A stretch of 64,000 nt of DNA from an uncultured Verrucomicrobiae bacterium (GTDB taxonomy: Bacteria > Verrucomicrobiota > Verrucomicrobiia > Limisphaerales > Palsa-1400). Under the pieces are notes generated by a model. It searched no databases and was not told the origin of the DNA. It was given only the letters and a program-made list of their open reading frames with translations. Position numbers and translations under genes: made by a program. Where the stretch lies: NCBI GenBank assembly GCA_963764165.1, contig CAVXRD010000002.1, positions 64,001 to 128,000 on the forward strand, written 5' to 3'. The first letter of the stretch is position 1. Every line of letters starts with the position of its first letter. Below are positions 1-7,470 of this stretch, piece after piece.

Positions 1-2317
1 CAACCCAAGAGCCGATTGTAGGGGCGAAGCTCACTTGGATGCCTCGCTCTCCCAAAAGTTCTTCGGTGAACTTTCTAATATCATCGGTCGGAATCCAAGT
101 GCTGCCAAGACGGGCGTCAATTTCGGTGGCGGCGAGATCGGCGGGCTGCACCGCCTTTAGCGCTTCGACGTTTGGTTGATAGCGGGCGTCGGTCAGTGAT
201 GCGGCTTCCGCCGTCTCCAATTTCGCCCGCACATTGCCCGAAAGATAATCGTCTTCGGTTTCCCAGCGGTCAGTTTGAGGATTGAAGAAAATCATTCCGT
301 GCAAGTCCGGCAGAAATTCGGATGATGGCCGATGAAGGAGCCCGCTCAGATAATCGAGATCGACCATCCCTCGCTCATTAAGTGTCAAGAGCAGCCCGGT
401 TTTGGCGTCCGGCGCAGTTTGAGGAGCTTGGACACGCTGAATCGTGCGCTCGCGAAAAATTGCCGCTTTGGAAGCCGTCTTGGTGTCTTCGTCGTAATGC
501 TCCAAGGAAAGCAAGAGAGGTAAATCCGGGTCGCCACGAAAAGCAGAAGTATTCGCTCGCGCCGAAATCGGCCCGTAACGACTGACAAATGAATCGTAGG
601 CTTGATTGAGTTGGGCGCGGGCGGCGATTACTGCCGCTTCATCGTGGCCTTCCAATTGTGAACCCAAGCACCTTCGGACTGCATCGCGCACTTGGATGAG
701 CTTCCGAATACGCTGTTTGGTGTTGCTGCTTAAATCTCCAAGCGCCCGCACAGTGTCCTCCTCCCGCACGCAGACTTCCCCTTGAACAATGCAATAGGCA
801 TTGGGTTTGATTTCGTCCGGGGCGGGAAACTTCTGGTTTGACTCAACTGTCAGGGGATTAGATTGCCGCGCGGTGAAAACGTTGGCTGGCAGACGCAAAA
901 TGGTGGTCCGAAGTTGTTCGGCTAGGTCTCGTCCATTATCCTCAAGGGTGGGTTCGCCGCGTTGATACATTCTGCCTGCCAGCCGCATTTCACCCAGCAT
1001 CATTTCCGGCCGCGCAACGAAATACTCATTTACGGCAATGGATTCTTCCAAGGAATTTGTGATGTTCGCGACCTCCCGCCATGCTGCGTCTTGCGGAATT
1101 TCGCCGCGGAATCGTTTGCGCAACATGATAATGTCTGTAGTAACCTCGGTATTGGCATTCTGTTTGAAAGCGGTGTTGGGGAGCCGGATGGCTCCGAGCA
1201 GGTCGGCCTGTTGCGCGACATATTCGCGCAATGCGCCGTCGAGCTTGTCCATCGTTCCCTTGGAAGTCACAAATAAAATCAGTCCCCCTGGACGCACTTT
1301 TTCGAGGGAATTGGCGAAGAAATAATCGTGAATGACGAAATTCCATTTCTTGAAGCGAGGGTCAAAGGGCTTGTAATCGCCGAAGGGGATATTGGAAATC
1401 GCGACATCGTAGAAATTATCGGCGAGTTTGCTTTCTTCAAAGGGCTGATGCCGAACGTCGGCATCTGGATAAAGTGCTTTCGCCAATCGCGCAGTGACCA
1501 AATCAATCTCGATGCCCGTGATTTGAGAGCGGCCCGCCATTGCCGTGGGCATCAGTCCGATGAAATGGCCTAGACCACATGCTGGCTCAAGGATTTTGCC
1601 ATTTTCAAATCCGAAGCGAGCCAAAGTGTCGTACATGGCCCGAATGACAACCGGCGAAGTATAATGAGCATTGAGGGTGCTGGCGCGGGCCGATTCCAAT
1701 TCGTCCTCCGTCAACAACTTTTCTAACTGCTGGCGTTCCTTGGCCCATTCTTCGTTGCGAGGATCGAAAGGCTGAGGCAGTCCGCCCCAACCCACATAGC
1801 GGACAAGAATTCGTTTTTCGTCGGTGGCGGCTGAACGGTTATCCTTCTCGATTTGTTTGAGAAGGTCGATGGCCGCAAGATTATGGCGGCATTTCTGGCG
1901 AAGGGAACCAACGCCTAGTTTGTCGGCCTCAGTAATGCGATAATTGTTCTGATTGCGAGGGGCTTCTTCGTCCGGGATGGGAACTAATTTTCCGTTTCTT
2001 CCGGTGGGAGCAGGATGTACCGCTCCCTCACTATTTCCCACGCTGAGTCGTGGGCTTGCTGCGGTGTCCATCTTTGTTGAATCAACCGGCGACGAATCTG
2101 GTCGATTTCCGCTTCCGTCTGGTCCTCCGCTTGCTTCAAGGCTTGGTAAAGGGTTCCCTGGCTTTCCATTTCCGTCACCATTTTGGGACGGAACTCGCGC
2201 CAATGTTTCTCGGCCATTCGGCCGTACTGGGTTAATAGTGGTGGAGAGGTTTGCGTCATAACCAAATAAATTCAGTTGGTTGTCGTCATTGCGTGCTTTG
2301 GCGCGTTTTACTGCCAT
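1..2317 (-). CDS. DarB-like N6-adenine methyltransferase / probable SNF2 helicase fusion (3' part off-window)
   Basis: Manual translation from ATG 2317 is open to position 1 (absent from the ORF track). Motifs YVGWGG, STLNAHYTS, ILEPACGLGHF (SAM motif I), AISNIPFG (motif IV), IRLPNTAF, YLSGNVRAKL; helicase motifs not within window. Confidence 0.88.
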   Translation of the reverse strand, partial: MAVKRAKARNDDNQLNLFGYDANLSTTINPVRPNGRETLARVPSQNGDGNGKPGNPLPSLEASGGPDGSGNRPDSSPVDSTKMDTAASPRLSVGNSEGAVHPAPTGRNGKLVPIPDEEAPRNQNNYRITEADKLGVGSLRQKCRHNLAAIDLLKQIEKDNRSAATDEKRILVRYVGWGGLPQPFDPRNEEWAKERQQLEKLLTEDELESARASTLNAHYTSPVVIRAMYDTLARFGFENGKILEPACGLGHFIGLMPTAMAGRSQITGIEIDLVTARLAKALYPDADVRHQPFEESKLADNFYDVAISNIPFGDYKPFDPRFKKWNFVIHDYFFANSLEKVRPGGLILFVTSKGTMDKLDGALREYVAQQADLLGAIRLPNTAFKQNANTEVTTDIIMLRKRFRGEIPQDAAWREVANITNSLEESIAVNEYFVARPEMMLGEMRLAGRMYQRGEPTLEDNGRDLAEQLRTTILRLPANVFTARQSNPLTVESNQKFPAPDEIKPNAYCIVQGEVCVREEDTVRALGDLSSNTKQRIRKLIQVRDAVRRCLGSQLEGHDEAAVIAARAQLNQAYDSFVSRYGPISARANTSAFRGDPDLPLLLSLEHYDEDTKTASKAAIFRERTIQRVQAPQTAPDAKTGLLLTLNERGMVDLDYLSGLLHRPSSEFLPDLHGMIFFNPQTDRWETEDDYLSGNVRAKLETAEAASLTDARYQPNVEALKAVQPADLAATEIDARLGSTWIPTDDIRKFTEELLGERGIQVSFAPTIGSWV
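1984..2259 (-). CDS. TnpV-like small protein nested out-of-frame in the 5' region of the DarB-like gene
   Basis: TQYGRMAEKHWREFRPKM...GTLYQAL...AWEIVRERYILLPPE resembles the TnpV family pattern. Confidence 0.6.
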   Translation of the reverse strand: MTQTSPPLLTQYGRMAEKHWREFRPKMVTEMESQGTLYQALKQAEDQTEAEIDQIRRRLIQQRWTPQQAHDSAWEIVRERYILLPPEETEN

Positions 2318-2402
2318 AGCAAATCTAGTTCAAAAGTTGATGATTGCCAACCAGGATGACCGGGCCAATCGCGGCCCGGTCATCCGGGTCGATGAGGTGG
2401 AT

Positions 2403-2807
2403 TCAAGCGGCGACGCCAACTCCTTCCGACTTGGCCTGTTGCGGGCGAGTGACACGAGCGGTGTTGCGCATATTTTGCCGCTCCAGCGAAATCATGGCTT
2501 CCTGCCGTTCGCTTTCGGGCAAATGCCGGACCATCGTTTCCAAGGCCCGCTTCTTTTCTGGGTCTTCATTGATCTTGCGCCAGATGCCGGCATCGAGCTT
2601 TTCGCCTCGCTCGATTTTCTGCACTTCATGCAGCGCCAGCGCCCTCTCCAGCCGCTCACGCGGCAACTTCTGGATATAGGCCCAATGCTTGTCGTTGTTC
2701 TTGATCCAGTCATCAATCTTGGCATTGACGCGGGGATTATCGCGATGGGCTTCGGCGGGGTCGCCGTCGCCACCGGTCGCTACCTGTCGTATTTTACCTT
2801 TGAGCAT
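2403..2807 (-). CDS. Hypothetical helical protein of the transfer operon
   Basis: 134-aa ORF with AAGGAG RBS, co-oriented with tra genes. Confidence 0.75.
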   Translation of the reverse strand: MLKGKIRQVATGGDGDPAEAHRDNPRVNAKIDDWIKNNDKHWAYIQKLPRERLERALALHEVQKIERGEKLDAGIWRKINEDPEKKRALETMVRHLPESERQEAMISLERQNMRNTARVTRPQQAKSEGVGVAA

Positions 2808-2858
2808 AATGCTCCTTTCGTTTGTGTTTTTGTTGATAGGTGGTTTGGGAGAAGATCT

Positions 2859-3440
2859 TCACCAGTTCGAGTTATCGTTGGTTGAAGGAACAGCGGTGGG
2901 AACGGGCTGTTCGCGGAGTTGTTTTTCCAAGAGTTCGATGCGCCGGGTATTATCTTCATTTTGCTGTTTTACCTGGGCGCTTTGGATTGCCGTTTGTTGA
3001 GTTGCCGCGACAACGCCGGAAAGTTTTCCCAGCGTTTGATCGAGGTGTTGCTGCTCTGAAATAACGGTTTGGGTGAGGCTCCGCTGTCGGTTGATCTCAG
3101 AAATAATCTCCGCGTTGACTGGCGGGTTACGATGCGCGGAATCGACAATGCCGACCGCTGGCCCCATTGCCACGCCAACCGGCGCGTTTGGATGGAGGTT
3201 CCACTTGGCGGTCGTCTCAACTCGATAAACTGTGTGGCGCTCGTGCATGACGAGCGGATTATCCGGCTCGACATAACGGCCAATGGTGTAGGCTTTGAGA
3301 TTTTCACCATAGCGAACGGACTCGGCTTCATCCGATGGGATAACCGTGCCCGGAACGTCATGATTCATGTGAACGACAACAGGTTTTTTGCTGGCGCAAC
3401 CGGCCAGCACCAATAGAGAGATTACGATGGAGTATTTCAT
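2859..3440 (-). CDS. Conjugation-associated lipoprotein
   Basis: Lipobox LAGC, coiled-coil C-terminus, ATGA overlap with VirB10-like gene. Confidence 0.8.
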   Translation of the reverse strand: MKYSIVISLLVLAGCASKKPVVVHMNHDVPGTVIPSDEAESVRYGENLKAYTIGRYVEPDNPLVMHERHTVYRVETTAKWNLHPNAPVGVAMGPAVGIVDSAHRNPPVNAEIISEINRQRSLTQTVISEQQHLDQTLGKLSGVVAATQQTAIQSAQVKQQNEDNTRRIELLEKQLREQPVPTAVPSTNDNSNW

Positions 3441-4495
3441 GGCAAGACAGGTGTGAAATGGGGCGGACGTGGATATGGCATAAATTGGGGAGGAGGATTT
3501 TCAACGAAATCATTCGTTTCTGGCGGCTGAAATCGGGTGCCGCCAATCATGGCATCGCTTTGGTCTATTGTTTGGGTCACGTAGAGATAGAACTGCTTTC
3601 CCGCCGGAACCCGGACATAAAATCCGTCGCGTTCAATGGAATTGAGAATTTGCTGAGAATAAGTGCCAAGCACGCTCTCGGCTCCGGCGAGAGAACCATT
3701 TTGTACGGTTTCGGTCGCAATTGGCCCGAGAACCGTATTTTGGCGTTCAGTTAAAGCTCCGGCGGCTCCGCTCAAAAATGCGGAGGCAAAGAGTTTGATT
3801 TCGGCCAAACTGTCCGACTTGATGATGCGCCCGCGTAATCCGGCGCTTCCGTCCGTGATGCCCCAACCGCTGCCATTGGGGTCTTGCTCACGATCCAGGG
3901 CAACGCCATGAAGGCTCAATTCCTCGCCATCGTGCCAAACCAATGTCCAGTGATTGCCGCTGGCGATGCGCTCGCGCGTGGTGTCCGTTTGCGCTGTCCC
4001 ATGCACTTCCGTACCAGCCGGAATAACCAAGCGGCCCGCGTGATAAACGTCTTCGGTGACAAGGCCGATAATGGGAGTCTTCATTTTGGCCGAATCCACC
4101 GTCACAACCAATTCGCATGGAATCAATCGGCCATAGGGCGCGTAGTGCTTGCTCAATGGTTTGACTTTCGCCTCCGATGCAGGCGGTTCGACATAAAGAC
4201 TAATCGGCAGACGATCTGGTTTGACGGCGTTCGTGACCGGTGCAGTGGCCGCAATTGGCGAATGTTCGGAATGAAATTGAGGTGGAGGGAAATGCAAAGG
4301 AGCAGAATTCCCCTCCACCGTCTGCACAGTCTGAGACTGCGCAGAATTTTTCGATGGCGGATCGGGCGGTGGTTGGTCGGCCTTGGCCTTCTTAAATCCC
4401 GAGACCAAGGCCAGAATGACGATACCCGCCCCGCAAAAGCCGGTGATTTTGCCGGTAGGACTTTTTATGAAATTGATGGCATCGCGAGCATTCAT
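3437..4495 (-). CDS. TrbI/VirB10-family T4SS core protein
   Basis: N-terminal TM, Pro-rich linker, GRLIPCELV/IPAGTEVHG/DGSAGLRG/VRVPAGKQF motifs. Confidence 0.88.
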   Translation of the reverse strand: MNARDAINFIKSPTGKITGFCGAGIVILALVSGFKKAKADQPPPDPPSKNSAQSQTVQTVEGNSAPLHFPPPQFHSEHSPIAATAPVTNAVKPDRLPISLYVEPPASEAKVKPLSKHYAPYGRLIPCELVVTVDSAKMKTPIIGLVTEDVYHAGRLVIPAGTEVHGTAQTDTTRERIASGNHWTLVWHDGEELSLHGVALDREQDPNGSGWGITDGSAGLRGRIIKSDSLAEIKLFASAFLSGAAGALTERQNTVLGPIATETVQNGSLAGAESVLGTYSQQILNSIERDGFYVRVPAGKQFYLYVTQTIDQSDAMIGGTRFQPPETNDFVENPPPQFMPYPRPPHFTPVLP

Positions 4496-5388
4496 GGCTT
4501 GTTCGTATTGACGTTGGGAACAATTATCGGGGGAGTTGATTGGGCCACATGCAGGGCGGGATTGGCTTGGAGCACAACAATGAAATCGTTCTTGAGCGAC
4601 AGATCATTGCGCCCTCCGTCAGGAGTGCCGGTGACTGCGAAATAAGCGGGAGTTTCGCCCTTGGGCGGAATCATCCCGCTCGCATCACTAATGGAAGAAA
4701 AATAAGTGCGCTCCCCTGCACGCAATGAAAATCCGTCTGGCGCATAAGCCAAAGGTTGATCGGTTTTGTTCCGCAGCCGGACATGAAAGATCAACGTATC
4801 CTCGGCATCGAATCGGAACACTTCATCCAACTGCACTTCATAATCATGATAATCCATGATGCGGGGCGCTTTTTCGTAGGAGTGGTATTCCACGTCCAGG
4901 ATGGATTCCGGATGGTATGCTTTGAGCAATGGATAGCCTTTGGCTTTGTCAAGCAAGGCAAGCAAACGATGAGGCGAGACGCTGGGTTGCTCCATGTGAT
5001 CGACCGGCTCGGGCGGCAAATTGAAAATGACGGAATAGAGAGGCGAAGAATTTTCAACCAATTCCACCACATAGGTTTTGCCGTTCCACCGAATATTCAG
5101 ATTGGTCGCGGCTTTTTTCGCTAGGGCCCGGATGGACAGGAAGGCCGTGCCGGGGGAATGGGCAATTTGAAATTCCGCGGGCGTTTTGTTGTCCGCTGTA
5201 ACTTGGGCGGCATCAATGGCCGAGATTGGACCCGGAAAACTGATGGTCGTCACGCGGTCCTGCGAAACGGAGATGGTGAACACTGTCCGTTCATCCAAGG
5301 TGAATTCCTTGATCGCATCGCTGGCGGCAAGAACGCTGCCCGCCACGATTGCGCCAAGCCAAATGAGAATTTTAGTGCTGCATTTCAT
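4492..5388 (-). CDS. VirB9/TrbG-like T4SS core protein
   Basis: Signal peptide, beta-rich RVTTISFPGPI region, position between VirB8- and VirB10-like genes. Confidence 0.65.
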   Translation of the reverse strand: MKCSTKILIWLGAIVAGSVLAASDAIKEFTLDERTVFTISVSQDRVTTISFPGPISAIDAAQVTADNKTPAEFQIAHSPGTAFLSIRALAKKAATNLNIRWNGKTYVVELVENSSPLYSVIFNLPPEPVDHMEQPSVSPHRLLALLDKAKGYPLLKAYHPESILDVEYHSYEKAPRIMDYHDYEVQLDEVFRFDAEDTLIFHVRLRNKTDQPLAYAPDGFSLRAGERTYFSSISDASGMIPPKGETPAYFAVTGTPDGGRNDLSLKNDFIVVLQANPALHVAQSTPPIIVPNVNTNKP

Positions 5389-6031
5389 ATTTGTAATCGA
5401 GGACGGCAGTCGGAAACCGCCCGTTTAAGGCCATGTTGGGATTGCGCTGCAATTTGAGCGACAGTTTGAATGGGACGGCTTCGGAGAATGCTTTGCCGTC
5501 GAATATGCCGTTTCGTACGAGCTGCCCAAACACTTGGGTGAGGACAAAATCTTCGCGGGTTTGGAGAATGTCAATATGGTCCACTTCCGCTTTTTGGTGG
5601 AGATCTTTGGCCTTGAATTCCGGTTCTTCGGAGTAGCATTCGGTGGTGGCCTTTTCCCAAGCGCGCTTCAAGAACATCTGTTTGAGCAATTCGGGATGAT
5701 CGAAGCCTTTGGGATTGCGTTGCAAGAAGGCGATGGTTGCCAATGAACTTTGCTGCGCGTGCAACTGTTTGGCTTCGGGAAACGAAAGCAAGGGGGCCTG
5801 ATAATAAGTGCCGCTTGGGTCGATGATGACGACGCGCTCGCGCTCCTTGAAACTCTTGACCAGATAAATCCGCTCCACCGCTGCGCCGACGATGACCAGT
5901 ATCGCGACCCCAAACCAAAACCAAGTAAGGCGGTCGCGCTGCACAAAAATGCGGGTCGGGTCGGAATGCTTTTGCGCAGTTGGAACGTGGCCGTTATGCG
6001 GGACGGTTTCGCGAAGCGTAGGCGTGTTCAT
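5372..6031 (-). CDS. VirB8/TrbF-like inner-membrane T4SS protein
   Basis: Single TM followed by VVIIDPSG and an NTF2-like body ending RNP...NG; likely start at ATG 6031. Confidence 0.7.
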   Translation of the reverse strand: MNTPTLRETVPHNGHVPTAQKHSDPTRIFVQRDRLTWFWFGVAILVIVGAAVERIYLVKSFKERERVVIIDPSGTYYQAPLLSFPEAKQLHAQQSSLATIAFLQRNPKGFDHPELLKQMFLKRAWEKATTECYSEEPEFKAKDLHQKAEVDHIDILQTREDFVLTQVFGQLVRNGIFDGKAFSEAVPFKLSLKLQRNPNMALNGRFPTAVLDYKYEMQH

Positions 6032-6035
6032 AAAT

Positions 6036-6248
6036 TCAATGATTGGTTTTGGAAAGCGGGTTGGTGGTTTGGCCATCGGGAAAAACTGGCGTCGAAGTAT
6101 CCAGTTTGAACGTCTTTTGATAATTGCTCATGGCGTTGGGCAATTCATTTTCAACGCCGGAAGTGGCATGACGGCGGACGCCGATGATCGCGACTAGCCC
6201 GATGACGACGACGACAATGCCGCCGAAATAAATCAGTTTTCGTTTCAT
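6036..6248 (-). CDS. Small membrane protein, candidate TrbK-like entry-exclusion factor
   Basis: 70 aa, N-terminal TM, directly after the TrbJ-like gene, C-terminus similar to the TrbJ C-terminus. Confidence 0.55.
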   Translation of the reverse strand: MKRKLIYFGGIVVVVIGLVAIIGVRRHATSGVENELPNAMSNYQKTFKLDTSTPVFPDGQTTNPLSKTNH

Positions 6249-7057
6249 GGCGAATTGGTCTCCGTGAAGTTGGCGGCTTCGGTGCTTAGTTTGAAAAGGG
6301 AGCCGTAATTGGAAATGCTTTCCGTAAATTCGGCCTGCTGCTCCTCGCTTTCCGCTTTGATCTGCTTGTCCCGGTCGTTCTGATTTTCAACGTGCTGCAC
6401 TAAGGCGAGACCGACGGCTTGATCAGCCTCCTTGTCGGTCGCCGCCAGTGCGCCGTTTAGACCAGTCAAAACGCCCTGCAACTTCTGCACTTCCGCATCG
6501 GTCGTGGCCGACTGCAATTGCTGGGTGGTGGTGGCGATCTGCGCTTTTAAAGTGGCTCGACGCTGCTGCACGTCGGCATATACGTTCGTATAATTTTGCG
6601 TGGCTCCATCAATGGCCGCGTTGGGTCGATAATAATTGGTGTCCCGCGTGACCTGCGTCCCGGAAGGAGTCGTGAAATTTTGCCCCACGTTGTGATACAA
6701 CCCGTTGCCGTTGTTGTTCAAAGCCTCGTTCCCATCGGCGGAGACTTGAATGGTCACCATCGACTGGCCGACGGTGGGATGATTCAAATCGGCCACCAAG
6801 CCAGGCACGCCTGTGACTGAGACCACGGCGGCGGGGTTTCCGAAAGCGGCGTTATACTGCTGCAATTGCTGCAACTGCGAAGTCAGCGTGTTGATCTGCT
6901 GGACTTGGTTGTTGATCATCTCGACGTATTTGGCGACGTTCTGAGCCTGGTCGATGATCTGCTGGGTGTTCATCGTGGGATCGTAAACCACCCACTGCGC
7001 TTGCGCCTGAATTGCCGAAAGCAGGATTAGAAATGGGGTTAGCTTTTTCATGTTCAT
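6245..7057 (-). CDS. TrbJ/VirB5-like conjugal transfer protein
   Basis: Signal peptide then AQWVVYDP motif and Gln-rich coiled coil. Confidence 0.8.
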   Translation of the reverse strand: MNMKKLTPFLILLSAIQAQAQWVVYDPTMNTQQIIDQAQNVAKYVEMINNQVQQINTLTSQLQQLQQYNAAFGNPAAVVSVTGVPGLVADLNHPTVGQSMVTIQVSADGNEALNNNGNGLYHNVGQNFTTPSGTQVTRDTNYYRPNAAIDGATQNYTNVYADVQQRRATLKAQIATTTQQLQSATTDAEVQKLQGVLTGLNGALAATDKEADQAVGLALVQHVENQNDRDKQIKAESEEQQAEFTESISNYGSLFKLSTEAANFTETNSP

Positions 7058-7470
7058 TCCTCAATACGGAGATATTTAGTGGTCGGATTGAGCACCGCGC
7101 CATCAATCGTTTGCTCGGGAACCGGAATGGCATAAAGGCGAACACTGGGATCGACCGGTGGGGTTTGCTGCTGTTTGACTTGCAGCCAGTATTGTTGCTT
7201 CACCGCATCACTGCGGCCTTTTTCGTAGCCAGTCTGAAACGATTTGCTTTGCTCCTTGCGGGCCAGATATTGGCCGCCTTCGCTTAAGAGCACCCCGCCG
7301 GCCGCCCCTGCCACCGCGCCGACTGGACTGCCGCCGGATAATTCATATCCGGCATAGGCGCCTCCAGCTCCCAGCGCGGTGTCGGTGATGGGACGACTCG
7401 CGGCGCAACCCGACAAAAGCAGGACGGCGGCGGGAATGGAAACGAGAATCAGAATTTCGGAGTTTTTCAT
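7054..7470 (-). CDS. Glycine-zipper lipoprotein of the transfer operon
   Basis: MKNS...LSGC lipobox; GAGGAYAG/GAVAGAAGG zipper; ATGA overlap with VirB4-like gene. Confidence 0.75.
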   Translation of the reverse strand: MKNSEILILVSIPAAVLLLSGCAASRPITDTALGAGGAYAGYELSGGSPVGAVAGAAGGVLLSEGGQYLARKEQSKSFQTGYEKGRSDAVKQQYWLQVKQQQTPPVDPSVRLYAIPVPEQTIDGAVLNPTTKYLRIEE

